Shown: positions 38,779-53,132 of the stretch, in pieces
How the letters are laid out: every line of letters starts with the position of its first letter
Position numbering within the stretch: the stretch's first letter is position 1
Source: Macrostomum lignano
Taxonomy: Eukaryota
Assembly: GCA_002269645.1 (NCBI GenBank)
Contig: NIVC01003680.1
Location: 1 to 64,000 of the forward strand
DNA length: 64,000 bases
Direction of reading: 5' to 3'
The notes under the pieces: generated by a model
Told to the model about the DNA's origin: nothing
What the model saw: only the letters and a program-made list of their open reading frames with translations
Databases searched by the model: none
Translations under genes and position numbers: made by a program

Positions 38779-40639
38779 AGAGTGTTCCAGTCAACCTTTG
38801 ACTAATGATTGCATCGGCATGCATGTAAGGGCATGCATATCTCCTGGATAACTGTTGGCAACTTCTGCAGGCACTCCTGCAGATGAAAGTTCTCCCTCTC
38901 ATTAAAATTGTTGGTTTTCTACTAAACCTACTTATAGTAAAAATGTGTTAACCCCCTTGAGAAAGTAATAAAGTACATTTATAGTGCTCAAAAGTTTGAA
39001 AGTGTAGCACCCTTAGCGCTATAATTATCCAATTATCTTTTGCTTTAGATATAAAACTCACAAAGATCGTGTAATTTTTTAGGCCTATTTCTTGGAGAAA
39101 AATACACTGCGGAGATAAGAAAAATCACTCTTTGATCATAAAAATCAATTCATTGCATTTAATCTGGGGCAGTGAAGATTATCAATCTTTTAATTTGGCA
39201 TGCAAATCATTTTACTCTGTTAATTGTGTTTTATATAGTTGTGGTAGTGAAAGTTTCATTTTCATATAGTTTTCCTTTAATTTAGCAAAACCAAAAGTTG
39301 AAAATGCTCACAAGTGGCATTAGCCTTACTTTTTGTTGTTTGGTTCTTAAATACAAGCATATTTGTAATAAAAATGTTGTATGCAGGTACTCTTAAGCCA
39401 TTATTGGTGGCATAATTTCATTTCAATGCATATTAGTTCCTACATACAACACAGTCAGTGCATACAGCTTTTGGCTTTTTAAATAAAAAAATAATATGAA
39501 AATTAAACTTTTACTAGACAGCTAGCCATATAAATCATTAAAATAATGGTAATCTTCACTGTCCCAGATCAAACGCAATCATTGATTATGTGACGGAAAA
39601 ATGGTTTTTCCTATCGCTTTTCCAAATAGGACGTAAATGATATTGTTACGGGGAAATTGGCCTTCATTTGCACGATTTTTTACGTCCTATATTTCTTCTA
39701 CTTTGTTTCTTATTGTAATCCTACTAGCAGTAGGGTAGGTAGAAGATTGATTCCAATCTAAAAAAATAAAAATGGGTAAAACAGTTCTGCAGCTTAACAT
39801 GGGACAACTTCGGGCGAAAAAAATACTCAAAAAGAAAAATCGAACTCCCGTAAAATTTGCATGCACGAGTTGAAAGTGCAGTGAGATTCTCCTTGAGTAG
39901 GTCGTCATATAATTATTAACTTTAATTACTAACAATAATAATTTTTAAAACGCAATCGGTCCACACAAAAATATTGTTGCAACCAATTAATGAGATCGCG
40001 AAAAACAGATCTGCACTGCTTGTTAGTAAATACACGTAGATATACAAATCATATTAATTTACTTTTATGTACATGTAAGGTTATCGATTTTGTATGTTTG
40101 GATTGAATAGATCAATGAAAATTTAGATCGGTGCCAAAAATATAAAAATAATTTTACTACAATTAGTCTAAAAAACAGCTTGTTTTTTACTGTAAAAATG
40201 AAAAATTTCTTCGCTAAGTGTAAGACAATTTAAACCCAATTTAAACTTGTGTCATTTTAATGAAATAACGTTAACCGTAACTTCTACTATATTACAGTAT
40301 TCCATTAAAATAATAGTCACTATTAAAATAATAGTGACTTTCGAACTAGAAACAATACACCTACATCACTAACGGTAAAATTTAATTTGGAAAAAAATTC
40401 AAAAAAATCACATTTTATAGAATCAAACAAGCATGGATGAAAACTTCTAACATTTCTTCAGAATGGGACTAGCTAAGATAGCTGCGTCTGTCTGATCATC
40501 GAGCTGATACAGACAGAAAAAGAGCCAGGAACAGAACTTAAAACCTTCAAATTTTGGAATTCTAGCATTCCATAAAAATTCGACTGGCATACTTTATGCG
40601 TTGCAGTTCCATGTAGTGAAAACTAAATGAGTCTTAATG

Positions 40640-41000
40640 GGGTTGGCATGGACAGGGAGGGAGGTGGCTACAGAAGTGGGGGTTGGCATGGACAGGGAGT
40701 GAGGTGGCTGCAGAAGTGGGGGTTGGCATGGACAGGGAGTGAGGTGGCTGCAGAAGTGGGGGTTGGTATGAACAGGGGAGTGAGGTGGCTGTAGAAGTGG
40801 GGGTTGGCATGGACAGGGAGTGAGGTGGCTGCAGAAGTGGGGTTTGGCCTGGACAGGGAGTGGTGGCTGCAGAAGTGGGGTTGGAATGGGCAAAGAGTGA
40901 GGTGTCTGCAGAAGTGGGGTTGGCATGGGCAAAGAGTGAGGTGGCTGCAGAAGTGGGGTGGCATGGACAGGGGAGTGAGGTGGCTGCAGAAGTGGTCGTG
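40640..41000. repeat. ~42-bp minisatellite (ggggttggcatggacagggagtgaggtggctgcagaagtgg)n
   Basis: Tandem units visible. Confidence 0.9.
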
Positions 41001-41224
41001 GAGGTCAGGATTGGGCATGAAGTCAGAGGCTCATAAGAGATGGAATGAAGTTTCCACAGTACACTTCCAGAAGTTCCCCTTTTAGTAAAAACTGACAATA
41101 AAATGAATATCTGTAGCATGAACTTTAAGCCGAATAGTTCGTTAGCTACCCTTTTTCATGTTTGGACTATATTGTATGATCTATCAACTACGAGTACTAA
41201 GAAAAGCAAATAATTTAGGGCGAT

Positions 41225-42169
41225 TCAGCCAAGCAGGCTGACGGTGTCACCAGTGTCCTGTTCCGGAAACAGCTGCGGCCCCTTGCCGGCACTGAAGGTG
41301 GCCAGTGTCTGTCTGTACTTTTTAGCCGTGGCTGAATCCAGGCAGTACCAGCTGTAGAGGCTGGCAGCCAGGAACTGGCGGCCCAGATCCCCGTACTCGC
41401 CCTTAGCCAGCTTGCGTCCGAATGTGTTGTCAAGTTCGCGCGTGTGAAATTCGCACAATTTTTTGAAAACTTGACTGGCCGCTGTTTTAGACAGATCGGG
41501 ACCGCACACGGGGGCGAGGATTTCGGCGATGCTTTGACTGCCGGGCAGGCTGGCGTGCAGCTGGCCCAGCTGGCGGCAAGACTGCACCTCCTCTGGGCCC
41601 CAGCGCGACTGGCTCGGCAAGCTTCGGATCCAGCGGTGCAGCAATCGGATGCGCAGGTGCTCCAGGAAGTCTAACTCCGGCAGGCGTTGCCTCGGCTGCT
41701 CCGGATGCTGCTGCAGTTGATTTGGCTGGCGCATCGGTCGCAGGCGTTCGAGCAGCCGCAGGCACAGCTGGCTGAGCTGCTGCTGGTCCAAGTATTGATC
41801 GGACAGGGACAGAGCGAAGAGCTCCTGCGCCTCCAGCGGCTTATTGTCGTTGAACCAGCGCCAGAGCTCGGTGTTCTGCGGGTTCTGCGGCACCGTCTGC
41901 ACCACCAGGCAGTTCATCAGCGCCAAGAAGTTGATGTTAAGCGAGTACTCCACCAGGCAGCCGCTCATCTGCTGCATTCGCGTCATCTGGCAGGGAAAGA
42001 AGGCGTAGCGAATCAACGGGAAGGAGGCCAGGAACTCCGTGCCGATGGGTCTGTAGTGCTGGCTCACGGTGTGCTGCGGCTCCTCGATTGTCAACTTGGC
42101 CTTGAACTGCCAGGCACAGTCCCAGCCGCTGAGTAGGTACTGCTCCATTGACTCGGCGGTTGAGTTCGC
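41225..42169 (-). CDS. Mab-21/cGAS-like receptor gene, last exon (uncharacterised helical C-terminal extension)
   Basis: cacgcag|GCG acceptor; 315 codons including stop; phase 0. Confidence 0.85.
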   Translation of the reverse strand, partial: ANSTAESMEQYLLSGWDCAWQFKAKLTIEEPQHTVSQHYRPIGTEFLASFPLIRYAFFPCQMTRMQQMSGCLVEYSLNINFLALMNCLVVQTVPQNPQNTELWRWFNDNKPLEAQELFALSLSDQYLDQQQLSQLCLRLLERLRPMRQPNQLQQHPEQPRQRLPELDFLEHLRIRLLHRWIRSLPSQSRWGPEEVQSCRQLGQLHASLPGSQSIAEILAPVCGPDLSKTAASQVFKKLCEFHTRELDNTFGRKLAKGEYGDLGRQFLAASLYSWYCLDSATAKKYRQTLATFSAGKGPQLFPEQDTGDTVSLLG

Positions 42170-42183
42170 CTGCGTGAGTTTGA

Positions 42184-42487
<304 letters not shown>

Positions 42488-42498
42488 GCAGCACTTAC

Positions 42499-43392
42499 CG
42501 GGAACTCCCGCAGCACCCGCTGCATGGCCGCCCGGCTCTCCCGCAGGACAGCCTGCGCACTCTGCCAGTCGTTCATCTTCATGAGCGCCAGGCACTGCAG
42601 GCAGATGGCGGTCACCCCAGCTAGAGATCGCACAGCATCGATGTCCGACAGCAGATCCCGGACATTGTCGGTCAGCTGTGGCTGGAGCAGCCGCTCCATG
42701 ACCCGGTAGACAAAAAAGGCGACATCCCTGCAGCCGGCGAGCCGCCTGGTCGCGCCCAATCCCGCTGTCAGCTGCCGCTTGTGACCCGGAATTGCCAGCG
42801 TCATTGGCTGGAAGACGGCAACGCCGCCAATGCTGTCTTCCGCGACGCTGGACTGAAGCCGACGCAGCCGATTGATGAGCAGCTGCTCAGAGTCGGCGGC
42901 CAGGCTGGCCAAAGCTTTCTGCAGAATGGAGGCTGAGCACGCCGTGGCGAGCGGCATCCAGCTGGTCGGGAAGGCGGCGCAGCGCAGCTGATTGTCGCGC
43001 AGAAACGGACCCTCGGCGTTCTTCACCGTCATCAGCTGCAGAGCGTCGCGAACCTCCACGGCGAGGCTGCCGCTGCGACGTTTCGCCAGAAGGTAGTGCA
43101 GCAGCACCTGCTTGCAGTGCACCTCGGAGAAGCACGCAGCGTTGGGGTATTTCTTGGGTAGCTCTTCTAGGAGAAGCATCTTCAATGCCACGTAGAGTCG
43201 GCCTTGGTGACTTGTGAGCTTGCGGAACAGCGCCCTGTCCAGCAGGCTGAGGTCCAGCCGGCCTGTGGGCTGCCTGCTTGTCCGGCCTCCAACCTGCAGC
43301 TCGAACTCGTCCGGCCGAATGTACACCGGCTGGTCCGGCAGGTCCAGCAGCTCCAGGCGGGGTAGGCGGGGCCGCTGGCAGCAGGGGAAGAC
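42499..43392 (-). CDS. Mab-21/cGAS-like receptor gene: Mab-21 C-terminal lobe
   Basis: cccccag|GTC, CCG|gtaag. [45 protein letters not shown] matches the Mab-21 pattern WRLSFS.E..L..Q..Y..LK..SYHLKT.L. Confidence 0.8.
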
Positions 43393-43444
43393 CTGGGGGC
43401 ATGGGTGGCGGTTGACAGCTGCCGTTATCGGAGTTCCTGTTATC

Positions 43445-43610
43445 AATGTCTGTCAGTGTCTGTTGTCAGTGTCTGTTGTCAGTGTCTGTTGTCAGTGTCT
43501 GTTGTCAGTGTCTGTTGTCAGTGTCTGTTGTCAGTGTCTGTTGTCAGTGTCTGTTGTCAGTGTCTGTTGTCAGTGTCTGTTGTCAGTGTCTGTTGCCAGT
43601 GTCTGTTGTC
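43445..43610. repeat. 13-bp intronic repeat (gtcagtgtctgtt)n
   Basis: Directly visible. Confidence 0.93.
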
Positions 43611-43648
43611 AAAGAATCCGCAATGTACTCTGTACATTTAATACTCAC

Positions 43649-43779
43649 CTGCTCCAGGCTAAGAGCGGGTCCGCAGGCTGTGAGTCCCAAACTCTTAGTG
43701 GCTTGCCTGCGCATCTCGTTAACCATCAGTACGGCGTCCTCCTTGAGCAGATTCATCGCCCGCAGGTGCACGATGCAAT
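43649..43779 (-). CDS. Mab-21/cGAS-like receptor gene exon (contains GPA motif)
   Basis: cccaag|AT TGC, CAG|gtgagt; phases fit; ..LTACGPALSLEQ. Confidence 0.8.
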
Positions 43780-43904
43780 CTTGGGGTAAGATGTGTTTGA
43801 AGTTTTTATAATAATATATGATCTACTGCTTTAGAAAATAACTCTTTATTTCTTTTATATCGTTTAGGGCTTGTGACTGAGATGGAAAGATGGATGGAGA
43901 GACT

Positions 43905-44457
<553 letters not shown>

Positions 44458-44538
44458 AAATTTTCTATTCCGCCAGCATAGAACCTGTGGCTTTCTTAGC
44501 CCAGACTAGACAGCAGACAGCACTAACAACCTGCTCAC

Positions 44539-44836
44539 CATGGTTGAGCGTCACCGAGCCGTCCTCGTTCAGCACAACCTTCTGCACCGGCTGTCGGCAG
44601 GAGCAGGCTCCGGCAATGTGCACCATGTAGTCTGGCACGATGTACTTATAGGTGAGCGCCGAGTCGTAGCCGCACCTGCCGTCAACTCTGAAGGTGTTGT
44701 AGCCCCAGCCCTCGGTGAAATTGCCAGCGAATACAAAACCGGCATCCCGCCACATTTTCTCCAGCACGTCCGCGAAGGCCCAGTGGGCGCTGACTCGGTC
44801 GCGTTCAAAGCCGCATTTTTGCATCATTTCGGCGGC
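44539..44836 (-). CDS. Mab-21/cGAS-like receptor gene exon: nucleotidyltransferase signature region (degenerate)
   Basis: gacag|GCC, CAT G|gtgag. FAGNFTEGWGYNTFRVDGRCGYDSALTY aligns to the Mab-21 GS..EG..(S)D.D motif. Confidence 0.75.
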
Positions 44837-44859
44837 CTGTCAATTGGAAGTGCAGCATG

Positions 44860-45200
44860 TGAGGATCTGGGAGGGTGCAGAGGTGCAGGCAGGTGGCACA
44901 ACTGGGCATCTGGGAGGTGCATGCAGGTGGCACAACTGGGCATCTGGGAGGTGCATGCAGGTGGCACAACTGGGCATCGGGAGAGTGCAGGTAGGTGGCA
45001 CAACTGAGGGTCTGGGAGAGTGCAGGCAGGTGGCACAACTGAGGGTCTGGGAGAGTGCAGGCAGGTGGCACAACTGAGGGTCTGGGAGAGTGCAGGCAGG
45101 TGGTACAACTGAGGGTCTGGGAGAGTGCTGGCAGGTGGCACAACTGAGGGTCTGGGAGAGTGCTGGCAGGTGGCACAACTGGGCATCTGGGAGAGTGGCA
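44860..45200. repeat. ~33-bp intronic minisatellite (gtggcacaactgagggtctgggagagtgcaggc)n
   Basis: Tandem units visible. Confidence 0.9.
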
Positions 45201-45337
45201 ACCCCACCTCCCAATCTTAAAGGCGGTACATTGACCACACAGGCCTTTTGAAGAACGAATTCTGGTCTATGTGTACAAGCTGCACAACTTTAACTGCCAC
45301 AAATCATCATCATACTACTCATCATATTTTGACGCAC

Positions 45338-45718
45338 CCACGACTCTGGCGGATTCGACATCTCCGGCAACGGTGGAGTCGGCGGCATCGGCGGCGGTGT
45401 GGGCGGTGGCAGAGTCGGTGGCGGCGGCGGAGGCTGACCAGGCATGAAGTTCTGGGCGGCCGCTGCCGGATCATATACTTGGAAGCGTTGCTCAACAGGC
45501 TGTGGCGCTCTGGACATTGTCATGCGTCTTTGATCAACCTGGTCGCGCCTGAACTGCGGCTGCACCTGCGGCTCAGGTGGCTGCCGAAGCGTTCCATAGC
45601 CTGGGCTATTATTGGCCTGTTCGGGGACGTCGCTAGCAGGCATAGGGAAGTTCTGTCTACCCGTATCGGCTGTCCTCCTCTTGAACGGATCGTTGAAATT
45701 CTTTCGATGGTTGTGCAT
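45338..45718 (-). CDS. Probable first coding exon of the Mab-21 gene (Pro/Gln-rich N-terminus)
   Basis: ATG-initiated GC-rich ORF with poly-Pro; candidate donor TGG|gtgcgt (phase 0 fits 44836); exact donor uncertain. Confidence 0.55.
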
Positions 45719-46763
45719 GCTGTGGCACAGAGGTGGATTTCTCTCTAACCCCGACGCTCGGAGAAAACCTCGGGGGCAAGTTTTGCCAGTGTGAAAAGAA
45801 AATTATATTTTGCCAAAACGCGCTGCCTTTTTACTTTCTGAGAACAGAGACTCATTATGCGCAAAAAGCAACTGCTGCTGGAGACTCGCTTTTCATCTTT
45901 CTCTCTGTTTCTCTCTCACTGTAGCCGCCACTACAAGCTAAGTATTGTGGCCGCTGAACTACTCAAGCCAGAAACTATTTTTGAACAGAAACTGCGACTG
46001 ACGCCTGTTGAAGCCAGACTTGAAGGGCAGAATCTCTCCATCGCCGCAAAAACGTTTTATTATAAGATAGCATAGACTTATTAGTTTTTTATGCACTATT
46101 TTTCTTTTAAAATTTGTACATTACGTCTCGGCTCATTGAACACCCTCAGTGCCCTGCGTGGCATTGCCTGTGCACAATGCCAACATCTGTATCCAAAGCG
46201 GATTCGAAAAAAATTCTTAACTCGGTAGCCATACTCGTACATTCATTTAGCGAGAGAGACGAGCTTCCAAAGGACAGTTGGAAACAAAAAATATGCATTT
46301 TTTCTACTTCATCGTTATAAGCTTCTCATTCAAATGTTTTTTTCTCTGATTTATAGCTGGGCTGCATCCCTGCATCCAGCCCAAACCACATATACTGAAA
46401 CAAACTAGATGGCCTCTTACGCATATGCGCAGTTAGAACAGCTTTCTACTTCTTAATTAAGTAGCAAAAAAGAATACACAAGCTATTTTTTGAAAATAAA
46501 GCCAGCTGGAATTTGATACACTCGTAAGTTTAGAAGCCCACTAGCAATCTACGCCCCCCGTTGGGGAGCCAAAGAAATGCAATACACGTTTTTTTAATAA
46601 GCTACATGTATCCTTGAAATCTTAAAAAATCTCCTGTCAAACCTTGTAAGCCTTGACATGTCAGTAATTCCCCCCCACAAGCTTTAACATATCAACTTCC
46701 CCCCTTGACATCTCAGCAATGCCCCCAATAAGCCTTGGAAATCTAAAAATATCTGTCAACCTT

Positions 46764-46837
46764 CTAACCCTAACCCTAGCCTAACCCTAACCCTTACCCT
46801 AACCCTAACCCTAACCATAACCCTAACCTAACCCTAA
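46764..46837. repeat. Interstitial (CCCTAA)n telomeric-type repeat
   Basis: About 12 degenerate CCCTAA units; a second, more degenerate patch at ~47225-47270. Confidence 0.85.
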
Positions 46838-47659
46838 GCATTGAAATTTCAGTAATTCTCTCTAAGAGTCATAATAGCACTACTACAGGATTATAGCGAT
46901 TCCCTACAAGCCTCGACATCGTAGGGATTCCCAAATGAATCTCCTAACTTCGACATGAAGCTTCTTTTATTTTTTACATTACGCTTTTTTATTATCAGCG
47001 ATCCCTCCCCTGAGGAGGCATCAAATAATGTAATAAAAAGTTACAATAAGTTTTCAATAGACTACATGTAGCTTCTGACTTTAGCCTTGAAATCTCATTT
47101 ATACCCCCGTGAGCCTTGACATCTCAGCTATTCCCCCCGTAAGCCTTGACATGTCAGCGATGGCCCCCATAAACCTTGAAATCTAAAAAATCCCCTGTTA
47201 ACTTTGAAACCCGATAAAATATAACCCTCAACCCAAACCTGACCTAAACCTAACTTTAACCCAACCTAAAACCTTGAAATCTCAGCAATTCTTCTCCCCT
47301 AAGCCTTGACATTTTAGTGATTCCTTCTTTAAGAATCACAGCACTATAACGATTTCCACCAAGCTTTGACATCGTAGCAATTCCCAAATGAATCTTTTAA
47401 CTTCGACATGACTTTTCTTTTATGTATACATAGTGCTACTTTTATTTTTTACATGACTCTTCTTCTATCAGCGCCCCCCCCCGTGGCGAGCCAACAAAGA
47501 ATGCAATAAAAAAATTGAGTAAAGTACATGAACTTTGAAGTAGCTTCTGACTTTTGCTTTGACATCTCAGAAACCCCCCCCCGTAATCTCAGTTATTCTC
47601 TGAGAGCCTTTACGTCTCAGTTTTTCTCCCCAGCACAGCATTATAGCTGCATTTAACTT

Positions 47660-50570
47660 TTACATGACGCTTCTATGATTGTTTACATGACGCTTCTATG
47701 ATTGTTTACATGACGCTTCTATGATTTTTATATGACGCTTCTATGATTGTTTACATGACGCTTCTATGATTTTTTAAATTACGCTTCTATGATTTTTAAA
47801 TGACGCTTCTATAATTTTTAAATGACGCTTCTATGATTGTTTACATGACGCTTCTATGATTTTTTAAATGACGCTTCTATGATTGTTTACATGACGCTTC
47901 TATGATCTTTTAAATGACGCTTCTATGATTGTTTACATGACGCTTTTATGATTTTTTAAATGACGCTTCTATGATTTTTATATGACGCTTCTATGATTGT
48001 TTACATGACGCTTCTATGATTTTTTAAATTACGCTTCTATGATTTTTAAATGACGCTTCTATGATTTTTAAATGACGCTTTTATGATTGTTTACATGACG
48101 CTTCTATGATTTTTTACATGACGCTTCTATGATTTTTTACATGACGCTTCTACGATTTTTTACATGACGCTTCTATGATTGTTTACATGACGCTTCTATG
48201 ATTGTTTACATGACGCTTCTATGATTTTTTAAATTACGCTTCTATGATTTTTAAATGACGCTTCTATGATTTTTAAATGACGCTTCTATGATTGTTTACA
48301 TGACGCTTCTGTGATTTTTTAAATGACGCTTCTATGATTTTTATATGACGCTTCTACGATTTTTTACATGACGCTTCTATGATTGTTAAAATGACGCTTC
48401 TATGATTTTTTACATGACGCTTCTACGATTTTTTAAATGACGCTTCTATGATTGTTTACATGACGCTTCTATGATTTTTTAAATGACGCTTCTATGATTG
48501 TTTACATGACGCTTCTATGATTGTTTACATGACGCTTCTATGATTTTTTAAATGACGCTTCTATGATTTTTTACATGACGCTTCTACGATTTTTTACATG
48601 ACGCTTCTATGATTGTTTACATGACGCTTCTATGATTGTTTACATGACGCTTCTATGATTGTTTACATGACGCTTCTATGATTGTTTACATGACGCTTCT
48701 ATGATTGTTTACATGACGCTTCTATAATTTTTTACATGACGCTTCTATGAGTTTTTAAATGACGCTTCTATGATTTTTATATGACGCTTCTACGATTTTT
48801 TACATGACGCTTCTATGATTGTTTACATGACGCTTCTATGATTTTTTACATGACGCTTCTATGATTGTTTACATGACGCTTCTATGATTTTTTAAATTAC
48901 GCTTCTATGATTTTTAAATGACGCTTCTATGATTTTTTAACTGACGCTTCTATGATTGTTTACATGACGCTTCTATGATTTTTTAAATGACGCTTCTATG
49001 ATCTTTTAAATGACGCTTCTATGATTGTTTACATGACGCTTTTATGATTGTTTACATGACGCTTCTATGATTGTTTACATGACGCTTTTATGATTGTTCA
49101 CATGACGCTTCTATAATTTTTTACATGACGCTTCTATGATTTTTTAAATGACGCTTCTATGATTTTTATATGACGCTTCTATGATTGTTTACATGACGCT
49201 TCTATGATTTTTTAAATTACGCTTCTATGATTTTTAAATGACGCTTCTATGATTTTTTACATGACGCTTCTATGATTGTTTACATGACGCTTCTGTGATT
49301 TTTTAAATGACGCTTCTATGATTGTTTACATGACGCTTCTATGATTGTTTACATGACGCTTCTATGATTGTTTACATGACGCTTTTATGATTGTTCACAT
49401 GACGCTTCTATAATTTTTTACATGACGCTTCTATGAGTTTTTAAATGACGCTTCTATGATTTTTATATGACGCTTCTACGATTTTTTACATGACGCTTCT
49501 ATGATTGTTTACATGACGCTTCTATGATTTTTTACATGACGCTTCTATGATTGTTTACATGACGCTTCTATGATTGTTTACATGACGCTTCTATGATTGT
49601 TTACATGACGCTTCTATAATTTTTTACATGACGCTTCTATGAGTTTTTAAATGACGCTTCTATGATTTTTTAAATGACGCTTCTATGATTTTTTAAATGA
49701 CGCTTCTATGATTGTTTACATGACGCTTCTATGATTTTTTACATGACGCTTCTATGATTTTTTAAATGACGCTTCTATGATTGTTTACATGACGCTTCTA
49801 TGATTTTTTAAATGACGCTTCTATGATTGTTTACATGACGCTTCTATGATTTTTTAAATGACGCTTCTATGATTTTTTAAATGACGCTTCTATGATTGTT
49901 TACATGACGCTTCTATGATTTTTTAAATGACGCTTCTATGATTGTTTACATGACGCTTCTATGATCTTTTAAATGACGCTTCTATGATTGTTTACATGAC
50001 GCTTTTATGATTGTTTACATGACGCTTCTATGATTTTTTACATGACGCTTCTATGAGTTTTTAAATGACGCTTCTATGATTTTTATATGACGCTTCTACG
50101 ATTTTTTACATGACGCTTCTATGATTGTTTACATGACGCTTCTATGATTGTTTACATGACGCTTCTATGATTGTTTACATGACGCTTCTATGATTTTTTA
50201 AATTACGCTTCTATGATTTTTTAAATGACGCTTCTATGATTGTTTACATGACGCTTCTATGATTTTTTAAATGACGCTTCTATGATTTTTTAAATGACGC
50301 TTCTATGATTGTTTACATGACGCTTTTATGATTGTTTACATGACGCTTCTATGATTTTTTAAATTACGCTTCTATGATTTTTAAATGACGCTTCTATGAT
50401 TTTTTAACTGACGCTTCTATGATTGTTTACATGACGCTTCTATGATTTTTTAAATGACGCTTCTATGATCTTTTAAATGACGCTTCTATGATTGTTTACA
50501 TGACGCTTTTATGATTGTTTACATGATAAACAATAATAAACATGTATGATTTTTTACATGACGCCTTTTG
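47660..50570. repeat. 23-bp AT-rich satellite (atgacgcttctatgattgtttac)n
   Basis: Over 100 tandem units visible. Confidence 0.97.
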
Positions 50571-50619
50571 TCCTTTATTTGTCCTTGAATAAAAGCTTTT
50601 AATAAAAAACTTTTCACTA

Positions 50620-50680
50620 CTAAAATTCGAACCCAGGTCGCTGCATTTGCAGTCCAGTCTGTTCACATCTAGGCAAGCTC
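50620..50680 (-). pseudogene. tRNA-like remnant (Cys-type anticodon loop ctGCAaa plus B-box), probably SINE-derived
   Basis: Reverse strand ..gactgcaaatgcagcgacctgggttcgaat; no acceptor stem seen. Confidence 0.4.
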
Positions 50681-51179
50681 TTATCGAATTTATAAATGAA
50701 ATTGTAGCGCTTATATAATTCAACACTCACTCACGAAGCAGTTATGACATAATCAATTTCCCAGGCAAGTCAGTATCAGTCTCAATTAAAGTTGAGAATA
50801 TGGTTACGCAATCTAAATCAAGTCTGGTGCTACGCTTCCACACTGCATTTTCAATACTGTGACGCAATTCAAGTTGGAGTTACAATTCAGTTATGATGCA
50901 ATCTATTTCAGAATCAGAATTCAACCAGTCAGTTTTTTCTCTAGCATTATTACAATGCATTTCAAGTCGAAAAGTTTGCTTGACCTTTGCAAAAAAGCAT
51001 GTTTTCGAATATTTAATCGCTTTAACATGGAGCAATTTCTTAGCCAAGATGCATGTACCGTCACGGGAAAATTTCTGATCGAACAGTGCAAGTTCGAAGA
51101 AAATCGGTCCAACCATTTTTTCTCTAATCGATTGCGTACAAGCAAACAAGCAAGATTTTCATTTTTAGTATATAGGAAG

Positions 51180-51650
51180 CTTGCAGGCGTAAACAACTTG
51201 CTAATTGGTTTAGCCGTAATGTACGATAGCCAGCGCCCCTGGCTAGGCGCGGCTAAACGTTTTGTTGAAAGGCGTGGCGTGGTTGGAGGATTTAAGCTAG
51301 GGGTGGTTGGTTAAGAGCACAGACTAAAATAACTGGATGGGCCACTCAGGCATATATAGTAAAACAGCTTTCTACTTTCAGTTCAGTAGCAAAGAATGAA
51401 TGTATCAGCTAATCTTTAAAAATAAAGGCAACTGAAATGTCTGATAAGTTTAGAATCCAAGCTTTCAGGCGTAAACAACTTGCTACTCGTAATTGGTTCA
51501 GCAATAATGTACATTAGCCAGTCCACTGGCATGTACATGGCAGCTTTAGGCTGGAATTCCGAGAAAGGCGATAAAAATCGGGGTGGGGCGGGGGTAGGTT
51601 TTGTGTGGAAAGGCGTGGTTGGAGGGTTTAAGCTGAGGGGGTGGGGCCAA
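51180..51650. repeat. Degenerate direct duplication (~140 bp; 51180-51310 and 51460-51650)
   Basis: Shared caggcgtaaacaacttgcta..aatgtac..gaaaggcgtgg..ggttggagg..tttaagct. Confidence 0.7.
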
Positions 51651-52419
51651 TAAATGAGCCTTGGCATTAAAAAATTCGTTAATATGAGTAAGACTTTAAG
51701 AAAGACCAGTGTGTTGTAATATTATTCTGCACTCTATTCAGTCACCAATCACCATAAAAAATGACACGTGTATTTAAATATATTATATAGACCTGAATTA
51801 GTTTGATACATATTGCAGGTCGTAATAGAAATCAAAACAAACATCGAATGATCAAAAAATTAAACAAATGAACTATAAAAAATATCGAATAATGGAATTC
51901 AAAACATTAAAACAACAGCTTTAACTCCAACAAAGAAAATTTTTACACAAGGCAATTCAACACTGATAAAAATATGCCTAATCGAAAATCATGTTTTATA
52001 CTACTGACAGTAGGCCTAGCTAAAAGTTTTACTCTATAAACTCATATAGAAGCGCAGATTTTGAAATCACCCAGCTTTTTTTAGCAAAAAAAAACAAAAA
52101 AATCGCTATGGCCGTTGGTAGTAGTAAGGTGAAATTTTTACTTTTTGTAATAGTGACAATGTTTTAGTAGATTTTTAAACCCTGTATTATTTCTAATCTT
52201 GAACTCAACCCCCTACCCTAGTTTATTGACAACCCGTTTGAGCCATGAGCCCCACTGACTGTTTTGGTATCAAACTCAAATTAGAGAGAGTTTTCTCAAC
52301 ATTCTCTCGCCATCTCTCCGCCGCTGTCAACTTTTGAACCATTCTGCTGGATCACTCTACCTGAATAACCATAGACAGACAGATTAAGAGAGATTGCAGT
52401 TCCCCCCCCCCCAATACAG

Positions 52420-52650
52420 CACGACCAGCATGCCATCATATTTCACAAAAACTCCACGAGCTTCGCGATCAAAGGGAGACATTTTATCTCGCGATGGACC
52501 TCGTGCTGCCAGATCATGGTAACTTTCTATTTGGGAGGACACACTGCACCGCTGGCCATGATCTGGTCCGCGAGATCATCAACAGGTTTTTCAATTGCAC
52601 GTCCAAGATGCTAACAAAGCAGATCAATCAAGCTGAGACAAACTCACAGG
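52420..52650 (+). other. Possible DNA-transposase C-terminal remnant or orphan exon
   Basis: Open frame ..HCTAGHDLVREIINRFFNCTSKMLTKQINQ ends at a CAG|gtggg donor; resemblance to P/THAP-type transposase ends is from memory only. Confidence 0.25.
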
Positions 52651-53132
52651 TGGGAAGCATTGATTTTGATGCGTGGTGCCCACTAACAATTTTTCGCATA
52701 GCCAGACTGGTGTAACTGGCCTGGCAAAAGTGAGATTCATTTAGTTTTATTGCTGGATTCTTTCTTTGCTAGCCAGACATTTCTGAATTGTGCTTACAGT
52801 TTTCGTTTCTTTTTGTTTGCTCTTTGTAAAGTTTCTCAATACAGTTTATAAGCCATTTATTCTTGCTCTGCTTGCTTGACATACTCCTGTGCCTACTTGT
52901 GATACATTTAGAAATTGATATAATTTCAACGTCTTCTTATGTCGCGTTTCATTCCTCTGATTTTTTTATTGTTTCAGAACTTTGAAATACGATCCTTCTT
53001 TTTGAATGCTCTGTGTGTTTAGGTCGCACGCTTGCGATCTCTAATCTTGGCCTCATCTTGTATAGCTGATATTTTAGTTGTCATTCCAGTTGCTAGATTT
53101 AGAATTCCTTGGCCCAGTGTATACAAAAAAGG

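Noticed and set aside
46385-46420. cacatatact.aaa resembling the 5' part of U6 snRNA
   Set aside because: The match is too short and the rest of U6 is absent
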